The translations under genes and the position numbers were made by a program. Below the pieces are notes generated by a model. The model was not told where the DNA came from and made no database searches. It saw nothing but the letters and a program-made list of their open reading frames with translations. Source: an uncultured cyanobacterium (GTDB lineage Bacteria; Cyanobacteriota; Cyanobacteriia; PCC-6307; Cyanobiaceae). From it: a stretch of DNA of 64,000 nucleotides. Position 1 is the stretch's first letter; the number at the start of each line of letters is the position of its first letter. Positions 41,964-51,809 of the stretch are shown piece after piece. The stretch spans positions 320,001 to 384,000 of the forward strand of contig CAVONQ010000018.1 of the NCBI GenBank assembly GCA_963697335.1, in the 5' to 3' direction.

Positions 41964-42704
41964 TCAGCTGAAGCGCTTGGCCAGGGCGATCGGATCGAAG
42001 ACGGTGATCTTCTTCCGGTCGATCTGCACCAGGCCCTCGTTGCGCAGGTCTCCCAGCAGGCGTGTGATCGTCACCCGGGTGGAGCCGATGGCCTCGGCGA
42101 TCGCCTGGTGGGAGAGGCGCAGGTCGATGGTGATGCCCTCTGAGCCCGGCACGCCGAAGTCGCGGCAGAGCACCAGCAGAAAGCTCACGAGCCGCGAACT
42201 CATGTCCCGGTGCGTCAGCGTCTCGATCATGGTTTCGGTCTGCAGGATCCGCGAGGAGAGCCCCTGCAGCAGCAGCAGGCCCACGCTGGCGTCCTGTTCG
42301 ATCGCCTTGCGCACCGAGGTGGCCGGTGCGCTCAGGAGCTCCACGCGGGTGAAGGCGATGGCGTGGTAGAAGCGATCGGAGCGTTGGCCCGTGAGCAGGG
42401 AGAGCACACCGAAGAGGCTGTTCTCCCGCAGTAGCGCCACGGTGATCTCCTCGCCAGATTCGTAGACCCGCGAGAGCCGGACGGCTCCACGCCGCAGCAG
42501 GTAAACCCGCTCGGCCGGATCCCCGGGGAAAAAGATCGTCTTGCTGCGCTCGATCGCCTCAACGCTGCTGCCCCCCAGGGCGCGGATCACCTCCAGCAGG
42601 GTCTGGTTGCCCTGGCCGGCGGCGCCCATGCCGCCTACCACCCCTGGTGCACCGCTGCTGGGGGTGTTGGCGGTACGGCTGAACCCGCGTGTGGCGCCAA
42701 CCAT
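41964..42704 (-). CDS. ntcA: Global nitrogen regulator NtcA (Crp family)
   Basis: [52 protein letters not shown]. Confidence 0.98.
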   Translation of the reverse strand: MVGATRGFSRTANTPSSGAPGVVGGMGAAGQGNQTLLEVIRALGGSSVEAIERSKTIFFPGDPAERVYLLRRGAVRLSRVYESGEEITVALLRENSLFGVLSLLTGQRSDRFYHAIAFTRVELLSAPATSVRKAIEQDASVGLLLLQGLSSRILQTETMIETLTHRDMSSRLVSFLLVLCRDFGVPGSEGITIDLRLSHQAIAEAIGSTRVTITRLLGDLRNEGLVQIDRKKITVFDPIALAKRFS

Positions 42705-42727
42705 GGCTGGGTCAGACAGATCGGCGG

Positions 42728-42769
42728 ACCCTATAGATGCGCTGGGGCCCCCCATGTAGCAACGGGCAC
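42728..42769 (-). promoter_or_regulatory. NtcA-activated ntcA promoter (GTG-N8-TAC, 22 nt, TAGGGT)
   Basis: Minus strand GTGCCCGTTGCTAC (42769-42756), 22-nt spacer, TAN3T box TAGGGT (42733-42728). Confidence 0.85.
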
Positions 42770-42938
42770 GCTTTGGGGCCGGTGAACACGGGCGCACCGG
42801 CGCGGGTGCGGTTCCAACCAGGAGGCCCTGGCCCTGGAGACGGCCACTGACGTGCGCCTGCACCCACTACAGGTGGTGGTTGTGCCCAGCGCTACGCCAT
42901 GCGACCGCTACATTCAGTCCTGCGTCGCTGCAGGGTCC

Positions 42939-43586
42939 ATGACCGCCAGTCTCTCGAGCAGCCCCGGTTCCGGAGTCCGGCTTGAGGTGGTGGGCCCGGC
43001 GCCTGCTGAGGCCGCTGTGCTGCCGGCCCATCGGCCGGTAGCCCCCATGGCGCTCCCTGCGGCGTCCCTGCCGGCGACGGTGCGTCCGCTGCGCCTGCTG
43101 GTCCAGCCGGAGGGCATGCTGCAGGTGCACACCGCGCCGTTCCGGGGCAGCGTGGCTGCGGTGCTCAGCCTCGCCCTGCGCAGCGCCGGCCTCGGCAGCA
43201 GGGTGCTGGTGAGCCAGTTGCTCAAGGGTGGGGTGGAGCAGGGCCTGGCCGCGAGCCCGTGGCTGTGCGGGCGCCTCCAGTGGCTACGGCCGGCGGTGGC
43301 CACCTGCCTGGCCGAACCGGCCGCCACCCATGGTGGCGAGATCCTGGAGGCGGTGCAGGAGGTGTGGAGCTTCAGCCGCCAGCAGCTGCTCCAAGGCAAC
43401 GTCGATCTGATGGTGCTCGATGAGCTCGGCCTCGCCGTGGAGCTGGGCTACCTGCCGCTCCAGGAGGTGCTCACCACGCTGGAACAGCGTCCGCCCCACC
43501 TGGATGTCATTCTGACCGGACCCTCCATGGCACCTGAGCTGATGGCCCTGGCCGACCAGGTCACCCAGCTCCGCCGCGGCCACTAG
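42939..43586 (+). CDS. CobA/CobO/BtuR cob(I)alamin adenosyltransferase-like protein with degenerate P-loop
   Basis: ALRSAGLGSRVLVSQLLKGG, LMVLDEL, DVILTG, ADQVTQL. Confidence 0.82.
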   Translation: MTASLSSSPGSGVRLEVVGPAPAEAAVLPAHRPVAPMALPAASLPATVRPLRLLVQPEGMLQVHTAPFRGSVAAVLSLALRSAGLGSRVLVSQLLKGGVEQGLAASPWLCGRLQWLRPAVATCLAEPAATHGGEILEAVQEVWSFSRQQLLQGNVDLMVLDELGLAVELGYLPLQEVLTTLEQRPPHLDVILTGPSMAPELMALADQVTQLRRGH

Positions 43587-43597
43587 GCCGGCCTCCG

Positions 43598-44191
43598 ATG
43601 CTCAAGAACGACCGGTGGATCAAGCAGCAGGCGGCCAGCGGCATGCTGGAGCCCTTCCAGGCCACGCTGGTGCGCCACCTCGACCCCGTGCAGGCCAGCG
43701 GTCCGGTGCTCAGCTTCGGCTGCTCCTCCTACGGCTACGACCTGCGCCTCTCGCCCCGGGAGTTCCTCATCTTCCGGCATGTGCCGGGAACGGTGATGAA
43801 TCCGAAGCGCTTCAACCCTGCCAACCTGGAGCCCGCATCCCTGCACGAGGATGAGGATGGTCGTTACTACATACTCCCGGCCCATTCCTATGGCCTCGGG
43901 GTGGCTCTGGAGCGGCTCACGGTGCCGCCCAACATCACCGTGATCTGCCTGGGCAAGAGCACTTACGCCCGCCTGGGCATCATCGTCAACACCACACCGG
44001 CCGAGGCCAGCTGGGAGGGCCACCTCACCCTGGAGTTCAGCAACTCCTCAGGGGCGGATTGCCGCATTTATGCGGATGAGGGAATCTGTCAGCTGCTCTT
44101 CTTTGAGGGCGATCCCTGTGACACCACCTATGGCGACCGGGCCGGCAAGTATCAACACCAGCCGGAACGGGTGACTCTCGCCAGGGTGTGA
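43598..44191 (+). CDS. dcd: dCTP deaminase
   Basis: SSYGYDLRL, GKSTYAR, WEGHLTLEFSN, KYQHQ. Confidence 0.96.
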   Translation: MLKNDRWIKQQAASGMLEPFQATLVRHLDPVQASGPVLSFGCSSYGYDLRLSPREFLIFRHVPGTVMNPKRFNPANLEPASLHEDEDGRYYILPAHSYGLGVALERLTVPPNITVICLGKSTYARLGIIVNTTPAEASWEGHLTLEFSNSSGADCRIYADEGICQLLFFEGDPCDTTYGDRAGKYQHQPERVTLARV

Positions 44192-44194
44192 TCC

Positions 44195-44920
44195 TCAGGG
44201 TGCCAGACGCGCCTTGTGCAGGCGGCTGCGCTCATACCAGTCGGCGACCTGAGGGGCCCACAGCTGCAGGTGGGGCCAGATCAGATCACAGAGGGCGCGG
44301 ATCTCCTGCTGGGCATCGCGTTTGGCCCGCAGATCGAGAAAGTGCAGCAGGGCCCGCAGGGTGAAACTCACCACGAAATGCTGGCGGTAGTCGAAGGGAA
44401 GGATGCCGCGGGCATGCTCTTCGGCAAAGCCGGCCGCCAGCAGATCGGCGTAGCGTTCGGCTGCCCGGCGGCAGAGGTCCAGGTCGATGGCCCGCTGTTC
44501 GGTGGTGTAGGCATATTTTTTGCCCTGACGGTCGCTGTAGCTGCCGAGCGGGCGCAGGTAGAACACCTCCTCAAGATCAAGCTCGCCGCTGGCAGCCTTG
44601 GTGATGCGATCGCCGGTGTAACGCATCGACTGCACATCAAAACTCACTCCCACGCGGTGGGTGCGGGCCTGCTGCATCACCGAGTGGGGAAACCAGCCCA
44701 CGTTGAGCACGATCTGGGCGTGCTCCAGCGGGCCGTAGTGACCCCGCTCGCCGGCAAGCAAGCGCTTCACGCAGATCTCGCCCGCCTGCTGCTCATCGGG
44801 CCAGGCGGCGCGCTCGGCCGCCACGAAGCCCTCGCTGTAGTCCTGGTGCATGGCGGCATACACGCACAGCTGGGGGCTGGGGGTGGCCGCCAGCAGCTCG
44901 ACGCGAAAGCGCGGGTCCAT
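44195..44920 (-). CDS. thyX: FAD-dependent thymidylate synthase
   Basis: GHYGPLEH, QARTHRVGVSFDVQSMRY, EHARGILP; alternative start 44989. Confidence 0.95.
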   Translation of the reverse strand: MDPRFRVELLAATPSPQLCVYAAMHQDYSEGFVAAERAAWPDEQQAGEICVKRLLAGERGHYGPLEHAQIVLNVGWFPHSVMQQARTHRVGVSFDVQSMRYTGDRITKAASGELDLEEVFYLRPLGSYSDRQGKKYAYTTEQRAIDLDLCRRAAERYADLLAAGFAEEHARGILPFDYRQHFVVSFTLRALLHFLDLRAKRDAQQEIRALCDLIWPHLQLWAPQVADWYERSRLHKARLAP

Positions 44921-44997
44921 CACCTCCGCCTCGGGTGACGGGGCCGCTGTGGGTGCGGGCCCGGACGGTGGGGTGGAGGGGGCTGGCATGGCAGACC

Positions 44998-45570
44998 TCA
45001 GCCGTGGCTGCGCGGGCCTGCCATCGTGCCAGGCGTCGCATCGGTGCCGGCCGGCTGGCCTTCGCCTGTGGCCAGGGGGCTGACCGCCCCCACTCCGGCC
45101 AGGGCCGGCAGCGCTCGCCCCTGGGTGAGGGCCAGGGCCAGGGCCTCGAGTTCCTCGGCGCTGCGGGCCCCGATCGAGCGGCCCACCGGATCGCCGCCCC
45201 CATCGAAGAGCTCCAGCTGGGGGATGCCATTCACCGCATAACGCTCCAGCTCCGGCTGCCAGCGGGGGTTGTCCACGTTCAGGAGCACCAGATCGAGCTC
45301 ACCGCGGTAGTGCCGCTCAAGGCCGTCCATCGCCGGGGCCATGGCGCGGCAGGCCTCGCACCAGTCGGCGTAGAACTCGACCAGGGTGGGGCGTCCGTTG
45401 GCCAGGGCCACGGACAGCTCGGGGGAGCGGCGGGCCAGGGCGTCCAGCGGCGCCTGGGGCTTCAGGCCGCCCCGCAGCCAGAACACCGCCGCTGCCAGCA
45501 CCACGCCGATCAGCACGAGCACCAGGCGCTCGCGCTGGCCGAGGCCCTGGGCCGGTGAAGAGCTGCTCAT
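44998..45570 (-). CDS. Membrane-anchored thioredoxin, TxlA/HCF164-like
   Basis: N-terminal TM helix, EFYADWCEAC, VNGIP. Confidence 0.88.
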   Translation of the reverse strand: MSSSSPAQGLGQRERLVLVLIGVVLAAAVFWLRGGLKPQAPLDALARRSPELSVALANGRPTLVEFYADWCEACRAMAPAMDGLERHYRGELDLVLLNVDNPRWQPELERYAVNGIPQLELFDGGGDPVGRSIGARSAEELEALALALTQGRALPALAGVGAVSPLATGEGQPAGTDATPGTMAGPRSHG

Positions 45571-45640
45571 CGTGGATAGGGTTGGGGAGATGTGCGCTGC
45601 CTGCGGTGCACTCTGCCAGCCCTGACCCGCCACCGGTTCC

Positions 45641-46054
45641 GTGAAGCGGCGACTCACCCTCCACTTCCCCCGCGAGGCTGTGCACCAGCCGATCACCTAC
45701 CGGCTGGCGGTGGACTTCGATGTGGCGGCCAAGATCCTCCGCGCCCAGATCGCTCCCAACCAGAGCGGCACCATGGTGGTGGAGCTCTCCGGCGACATCG
45801 ACGAACTCGAGGCGGCCGAAGTGTGGCTGGAGAGCCAGGGGCTCGGCCTCAACCGGGCACCCGGGCAGATCGCCGTGGATCGCGACCGCTGCGTGGACTG
45901 CGGCATCTGCTCCAGTGTCTGCCCCAGCGGCGCCCTCGGGTTCAGCGCTCCAGCCTGGAGCCTGCACTTCGATGCCCCCCGCTGCCTGGTCTGTGAGCAG
46001 TGCATCCCCAGCTGTCCGCTGGACGCGATCTCCCTGGTGCTGGACCCGCTGTGA
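45641..46054 (+). CDS. NIL domain plus 2x[4Fe-4S] ferredoxin protein
   Basis: ILRAQIAPN; CVDCGICSSVCP and CLVCEQCIPSCP. Confidence 0.92.
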   Translation: MKRRLTLHFPREAVHQPITYRLAVDFDVAAKILRAQIAPNQSGTMVVELSGDIDELEAAEVWLESQGLGLNRAPGQIAVDRDRCVDCGICSSVCPSGALGFSAPAWSLHFDAPRCLVCEQCIPSCPLDAISLVLDPL

Positions 46055-46560
46055 TCGCCTCGCTGGCTGCGGCGCTGCTGTCGGCCCTGCGCCTGGTGGC
46101 GCTGCCCTTTCGGGCGCCGATGCTGCTGGTGCTGGGGGCGATCTCGGTCTATGAGGGGCTGCACTGGAGCCGGCCCCTGGCCGGCGGAACCCTGCCGCCG
46201 ATCGGCGCCCTCGATGCCGATGCCCTCTCCAGCCTGTTCTGGTCGATCGACTGCCTCCACGCCCTGGTGGTGGTGGTGGTGTGCACGATGCCGGAGCTGC
46301 TGATGCGCCAGCTCTCCAGCCTGATGGCCGCCAGCCGGGTGATGACCCTGGTGGTCACCTTGCTGCTGGTGATCACAGGTGGCCTCTACCTGCTGCACCT
46401 CAATGCCCTGGCCAACATGTTGATCCTCGCCTCAGCCGTGCTGCTGGCCCGGCTCGATCTGGCTCGGGTGCGCGTCGTGCCGCCACCCCAGAACCTGGCC
46501 CTGGCCCTGGGGGCGGTGGTGCTGCTCGGCGCGACGCTGGGCCGCTGGCTGGCGGCTTAG
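46051..46560 (+). CDS. Hypothetical integral membrane protein
   Basis: Several hydrophobic helices; GTGA overlap with the NIL gene. Confidence 0.75.
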   Translation: MIASLAAALLSALRLVALPFRAPMLLVLGAISVYEGLHWSRPLAGGTLPPIGALDADALSSLFWSIDCLHALVVVVVCTMPELLMRQLSSLMAASRVMTLVVTLLLVITGGLYLLHLNALANMLILASAVLLARLDLARVRVVPPPQNLALALGAVVLLGATLGRWLAA

Positions 46561-46567
46561 GGCACGT

Positions 46568-48637
46568 TCAGGGGCACACCGGCACCCCGTGGCCCTGCAC
46601 GTCCCAGAGATTGCCCAGCACCTTCTTCACGTAGATCCGGGTTTCCGGGAAGGGAATCGCCTCCACCCACAGCTCCGGGATCGTGTCCAGCCGGGGGCCC
46701 AGCCAGTCGGCCACGGCCGTGGGGCCGGCGTTGTAGCTGGCGGCCACCAGCAGCGGATTGTTCTCCCACTGGGTCATCAGCTGGCTCAGGTAGCGCGCCC
46801 CGAGATCAGCGTTGCGCTGGGGGTCTTCCAGGGCCCCAGGGGCAAGGGGGCCAGAGGCCAGCTCGGCGGCGGTCTCGGGCAGCAGCTGCAGCAGGCCCAC
46901 GGCCCCGGCCGCTGAACGCACCGCCGTGCTGAAGCGCGACTCCTGCCGGGCCACCGCCGCCAGCAGGGTCGGCGCCACCCCGGCCTGGCGCCCCGCCCGG
47001 TTGAGTTCGGCGCTGAAGGCGGGTTCGGCCAGGCTCTGAGCCACCTGTTTCACGCTGGGGCACTGGTCGGCGCGCAACTGCAGCTTCGCCTGCTCCAGCT
47101 GGCTCAGCCCGGTCCAGTGGTCACCGACGCCACGGCGCAGGCGCCCCTCGAGCAGCAGGCGCTCCGGTCCCTCCAGGTTCCGATCGGCGCGGTCGTCGCG
47201 CCATTGCTCCCAGGCCTCCAGCTGCTGGCCCAGGCGCCAGAGCTGGTCGAGATCCGCCAGGCCGCTGCCCAGGGGCCGCCATGGGGCTGCGAGCAGCGGT
47301 GGCGCCGTGGCGGGGTCGAGGTCGATGTCGCCGCGGCCGAGGCGCAGGGAGGCTCGCCAGCCGTAGTAGCCGCCGGGATGGCGGGCCAGCAAGGCCGCCC
47401 AGCCCGCCCTGGCTTCGGGACGCTGCCCCTGCTGCCACTGGCTCAGGGCCAGCCAGAACCGACGCCGGGCGTCCACGGGGGCCGGCAGGACCGCCGGATC
47501 GAGGGCACTGGTGCCCAGCAGCACCGCTGCCCCTCGCCAGTCCTCCCGCAGCAGGCGCTCCCGGGCCAGCTGCCACTGCAGCTCCCAGCTGGCAGGATCC
47601 CGAGGCCAGCGCTGCAGCACCGCCACGGCCGAAGAGGTCTGGCCCACCAGCAGGGCGCGGCGGGCCTGCACGGCAGCGCTCTCCTGAAGGGGAGCGGGCA
47701 GCTCCCCCAAACGCTCCAGGCTGGAGCTGCTGGTGCTCTCGGCCAGCAATGTCGCGGCCTGGCTGGCGGCGGGGCTGGTGGGGTGCTGCTGGGCCAGCGC
47801 CAGCAACAGGGCTTCGCCCTGGTCCCGGCTGTCAGGGTTGCGAATCAGCAGCCGCCCCTTCTCAAGCTGGGTGGCCGGGCTGCCTGCCTTGCCGTCGAGA
47901 CAGCGCTCGGCCGCCTCCAGGTTGCCCAGGCTCACCAGGCTCCGTGCCAGCAGATCCCTGTCCTGGCCGCTGAGGCTGGCCTGGCTGGGCTTGCCTTTCC
48001 GCTCCGGGTCGCAGGCGGAGGCGAGCACCGGGTCAGCGCCGGGCCAGCGGGCTCCCCAACGGGCCAGGTGCACGGCTCCCGCGGGCCCGGACTCCAGGGC
48101 GGCGGCCAGGGCGGCCGGGTGGGCCGGGAAGCGGCTGAGCAGGCGCTGGCGCAGGGCCGGCTGGTCCCGACCCAGGATGTAGAGGGCATCGGCGCTGGCT
48201 GGATGGCTGGGAAAGCGCGTCAGCAGCTGCTGCCACAGCCGGCCACTGCCGGCCTGGTCGCCCGTGCGGTTGGCGCTCTGGGCGGCCCGCTTGAGCACCA
48301 CGGCCGCGAGGGGATCGCGGCCCCAGCCCTGGTTGCGTAGCAGCCTGGCGATCTGTTGCGGGTCGCCGGCCTGTCCGTCTCCGGGCGGGTTGGCGCCGGC
48401 GTGCCCTGCCTGGCCGCCGCGGTCGGCCTCGTGGCGCGCCTCCTCAGCGGCCACCTGCAGCAGGGCCGCCTGGCGGCGCCTGGCAGGGTCAGGCTCGAAC
48501 CGCCGCTGGGCCTCCAGGGCCGCCGCCGGGGTGAGGGGATCGGGCCAGGGCCGCTGCTGCAACAGCTGACGGCCGAGCACCAGGGCTGCGCCGCTGCCCA
48601 GACAGGTCAGCGTGAGCAGCAGAGCGAGGGATCGCAA
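46568..48637 (-). CDS. Lytic transglycosylase (Slt family) with TPR-like N-terminus
   Basis: VARQESRF, GAVGLLQL, ASYNAGP, IPFPETRIYVKKV. Confidence 0.92.
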   Translation of the reverse strand: MRSLALLLTLTCLGSGAALVLGRQLLQQRPWPDPLTPAAALEAQRRFEPDPARRRQAALLQVAAEEARHEADRGGQAGHAGANPPGDGQAGDPQQIARLLRNQGWGRDPLAAVVLKRAAQSANRTGDQAGSGRLWQQLLTRFPSHPASADALYILGRDQPALRQRLLSRFPAHPAALAAALESGPAGAVHLARWGARWPGADPVLASACDPERKGKPSQASLSGQDRDLLARSLVSLGNLEAAERCLDGKAGSPATQLEKGRLLIRNPDSRDQGEALLLALAQQHPTSPAASQAATLLAESTSSSSLERLGELPAPLQESAAVQARRALLVGQTSSAVAVLQRWPRDPASWELQWQLARERLLREDWRGAAVLLGTSALDPAVLPAPVDARRRFWLALSQWQQGQRPEARAGWAALLARHPGGYYGWRASLRLGRGDIDLDPATAPPLLAAPWRPLGSGLADLDQLWRLGQQLEAWEQWRDDRADRNLEGPERLLLEGRLRRGVGDHWTGLSQLEQAKLQLRADQCPSVKQVAQSLAEPAFSAELNRAGRQAGVAPTLLAAVARQESRFSTAVRSAAGAVGLLQLLPETAAELASGPLAPGALEDPQRNADLGARYLSQLMTQWENNPLLVAASYNAGPTAVADWLGPRLDTIPELWVEAIPFPETRIYVKKVLGNLWDVQGHGVPVCP

Positions 48638-48690
48638 GAGCGCGGCGGCGAATGCAGGGCATTCTGGAGAGCAGTGATACGTGCGCTCCG

Positions 48691-48906
48691 GTGCGGTTGC
48701 CTACCCTGCCCCCCCAGCTCACGACCCTGCCGGGGGCGGGCCAGCGGCTCAGAACGCTGCGGGTGTGGGCCCTGGCAGGCGCTGTGCTGCTGCTGCGGCC
48801 CCTCTGGCCCCTCAGCCTGCTGCCTGGCTGGGTGGTGGGGGGGCTGCTGCTCTGGGGCGTGCTGGAGCTGCAGTGCTGGATCTGGTGGCCTAGGCGCTGG
48901 CGCTGA
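48691..48906 (+). CDS. Small hypothetical membrane protein
   Basis: Two hydrophobic segments and a Trp-rich end WWPRRWR; GTG start. Confidence 0.6.
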   Translation: MRLPTLPPQLTTLPGAGQRLRTLRVWALAGAVLLLRPLWPLSLLPGWVVGGLLLWGVLELQCWIWWPRRWR

Positions 48907-48972
48907 GGCGGTTCGGGGGCTGGGAAGCGCCCCAAGGGCTGCACGTAACCTGCGACAAACTGAAGTGTTGCC

Positions 48973-50358
48973 ATGGCCGACACGGCTCCCCATCCGCTGG
49001 GCCAACCCCTTGGCGACGCGGTGGCCGGATTCGGCACGGACGGCATCCGAGGCCATGTCGGCACCCTGGTGACACCGGCCCTGGCCCTGCAGCTGGGCTA
49101 CTGGGCGGGCCAGGTTCTTCCCCCTGAAGGGCCGGTGGTGATCGGCATGGACAGCCGCCAGAGCGGGCCGATGCTCACGGCGGCCCTCACCGCCGGGCTC
49201 ACCGCCGCCGGTCGCAGCGTCTGGCAGCTCGGCCTCTGCCCCACGCCGGCGGTGCCCGGGGTGATCCGCCGGTGCGGCGCCGCCGGGGGCGTGATGGTGT
49301 CCGCCAGCCACAACCCTCCCCACGACAACGGCATCAAGTTGTTTGGGGCCTCGGGCGCCAAGATCAGCGCTGCCCAGCAGAGCGCCATCGAGGCTGGGCT
49401 GGCCGGCGAGGCCCCGGCCGGCTTCAGCGGCACCGGCACCGTCCTGCTGCGGGCCGACCTGATGGCCGACTACCGCCAGAGCCTGCTGGACAGCGTCGAG
49501 GGCCGCCGGCTGGATGGCTGCCGCATCGTGCTCGACCTCTGCCATGGCTCGGCCACCGCCTGTGGCGAGGAGGTGTTTCGGGCCCTGGGCGCAGACGTCA
49601 CCGTGCTGCACGGCGAGCCCGATGGCTCCCGGATCAATGTGGGCTGCGGCAGCACCCAGCTCGAGCCCCTGCGCCAGGCGGTGCTGGCCGAGGGTGCCGC
49701 GATGGGCTTCGGCTTCGATGGCGACGCCGACCGCATGCTTGCCGTCGACGGCCGCGGCCGCATCGTCGACGGCGACCAGATCCTCTACCTGTGGGGCTCG
49801 TCCCTGTTGGGCCATGGCCTGCTGCCCCAGCAGCGGATCGTGGCCACGGTGATGTCCAACCTGGGCTTCGAGAGGGCCTGGCAGGCCAAGGGCGGCGTGC
49901 TGGAGCGCACCCCCGTGGGGGATCAGCACGTCCACCGGGCGATGGAGGAGCTCGGGGCAGGGCTCGGCGGTGAGCAGTCCGGCCACATCCTCTCGGCCCG
50001 CCACGGCATGAGCGGCGATGGCCTGCTCACCGCCCTGCAGGTGGCCACCCTGCTGCACGGCGAGGGCCGCAGCCTGGCCGACTGGCTCGACGTCAGTTTC
50101 CAGCCCTATCCGCAGCTGTTGGTGAATGTGACCGTGCCGGATCGCCGCAGCCGCCAGCAGTGGCAGCTGTGTGAACCGCTGCGCCAGGCCGTGGAGCAGG
50201 CCGAGAGTGCCATGCAGGGTCAGGGCCGGGTGCTGGTGCGCGCCAGCGGCACCGAGCCCCTGCTCAGGGTGATGGTGGAGGCCTCCGAGCCGGCCGCGGT
50301 GGCCCATTGGGCCGAGCGGCTGGCGGGCCTAGCCGCCCAGCACCTCAACCCGGTTTAG
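48973..50358 (+). CDS. glmM: Phosphoglucosamine mutase
   Basis: FGTDGIRG, SASHNP, DGDADR, TVMSNLG, GGEQSGH, RASGTEP. Confidence 0.95.
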   Translation: MADTAPHPLGQPLGDAVAGFGTDGIRGHVGTLVTPALALQLGYWAGQVLPPEGPVVIGMDSRQSGPMLTAALTAGLTAAGRSVWQLGLCPTPAVPGVIRRCGAAGGVMVSASHNPPHDNGIKLFGASGAKISAAQQSAIEAGLAGEAPAGFSGTGTVLLRADLMADYRQSLLDSVEGRRLDGCRIVLDLCHGSATACGEEVFRALGADVTVLHGEPDGSRINVGCGSTQLEPLRQAVLAEGAAMGFGFDGDADRMLAVDGRGRIVDGDQILYLWGSSLLGHGLLPQQRIVATVMSNLGFERAWQAKGGVLERTPVGDQHVHRAMEELGAGLGGEQSGHILSARHGMSGDGLLTALQVATLLHGEGRSLADWLDVSFQPYPQLLVNVTVPDRRSRQQWQLCEPLRQAVEQAESAMQGQGRVLVRASGTEPLLRVMVEASEPAAVAHWAERLAGLAAQHLNPV

Positions 50359-50421
50359 CCCCCGCTGCCGCCCGCCGGCCAGGCGGCCTGCGGCTTCCGG
50401 CACGGCTCCTGGGTGGCCCGC

Positions 50422-51780
50422 TCAGAGCAGCCGTGAGCCGCTGGCCCGGCGGCATTGCTGCGGATCGAACACGGCAGCGATGGTGCGGATCAACCAGCGG
50501 CCCTGGCTCGTCACCAGCACCCGGCCGCGGCCGCCGCTCTGCTGCAACTCCACCAGACCATCCCGCTCCAGGGCCTGCAGCCGCTGCCATTCGGTGCCGA
50601 AGCGCTGCAGATCCACCTCCACCGCGAAGCAGCACATCACCTGGCGGATCAGGTCACGCCGCTCCAGCACCTCCGGCTCCCGCACCTCCAGACCCCGTTC
50701 CACCGGCAGCCGACCCTGCTCCAGGGCCGCGGCCCACTGCTTGAGATCCCTCAGGTTCTGGGAGAACAGGTGGGGGAACTGGCTGATGGCCGTGGGCCCC
50801 ACCCCCAGCAGCTCCAGTTCGCCGCCGGTGGTGTAGCCCTGGAAATTGCGATGCAGGCGGCCCTGCCGTGCGGCCCTGGCCAGGCTGTCGCCGGCCAGGG
50901 CGTAGTGGTCCATGCCGATCGCCTCGTAGCCGTCGCCGCCGAGCCGCTGCTGGGCGTCTTCCAGCATGGTGATCCGATCGCGGGCCGTGGGCAGATCGGC
51001 CGCGGCAATCTTGCGCTGCAGCGGCAGCTGCTGGGGCAGGTAGGCGAAGGAGAACAGCGAGATGCGATCCGGATGCAGCTCCTGCACGAGATCCAGGGTG
51101 TGGCGGAAGCGCTCTGGCGTCTGCAGCGGCAGGCCGCAGATCAGATCCACATTCACGCTGGCGAAGGCGGCCTCCCGCAGCCAGCCCATCACCCGGCGCA
51201 GCTGTTCCACCGGCACCACCCGGTTCACCGCCTGCTGCACGCGGGGGTCGGCATCCTGGATGCCGAAGCTGAGGCGGTTGAAACCCAGCTGCCGCAGCTG
51301 CAGCACGGCGTCACGGCTGAGGAACTCGGGATTCACCTCGATGGAGGCCTCCAGCTCCGGCTCCAGATCGAAGTGCCGCTCGATCAGGGCCCAGAGCCGG
51401 GCCGTTTCCTGGGGATTGAGGTAGTTGGGCGTGCCGCCCCCCCAGTGCAGCTGGGCCAGCCGTCGCCGCTGGGGCAGCACGGCGCTGATCAGTTCCAGCT
51501 CCCGGGCCAGGGAATTCAGGTAAGGCTCCACCACCTTGGAGCCCAGTTGGGTGGTGACCCGGTTGCAGCCGCAGTACCAGCAGGCATGGCGGCAGAAGGG
51601 CACGTGCACATACAGCGACAGCGGTGCCGCGCTGGGCTGGGCCAGCTGGGCCTTCAGCTCGCCCTCCCCGACAGCGGCGCTGAAGGCCGCTGCCGTGGGG
51701 TAGCTGGTGTAGCGCGGCACGGGCTGGTCGTACTTGAGCAGCAGCTCAACCGGGCTGAGCGGGGAGGCGACGGGTGGCAT
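50422..51780 (-). CDS. hemN: Oxygen-independent coproporphyrinogen III oxidase (radical SAM)
   Basis: PRYTSYPTA, CRHACWYCGC (CX3CX2C), WGGGTP, IGMDHYA, LHRNFQGY. Confidence 0.96.
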   Translation of the reverse strand: MPPVASPLSPVELLLKYDQPVPRYTSYPTAAAFSAAVGEGELKAQLAQPSAAPLSLYVHVPFCRHACWYCGCNRVTTQLGSKVVEPYLNSLARELELISAVLPQRRRLAQLHWGGGTPNYLNPQETARLWALIERHFDLEPELEASIEVNPEFLSRDAVLQLRQLGFNRLSFGIQDADPRVQQAVNRVVPVEQLRRVMGWLREAAFASVNVDLICGLPLQTPERFRHTLDLVQELHPDRISLFSFAYLPQQLPLQRKIAAADLPTARDRITMLEDAQQRLGGDGYEAIGMDHYALAGDSLARAARQGRLHRNFQGYTTGGELELLGVGPTAISQFPHLFSQNLRDLKQWAAALEQGRLPVERGLEVREPEVLERRDLIRQVMCCFAVEVDLQRFGTEWQRLQALERDGLVELQQSGGRGRVLVTSQGRWLIRTIAAVFDPQQCRRASGSRLL

Positions 51781-51809
51781 CGGGGCAAGGGGTGGGGGTT
51801 GGATGGGGC

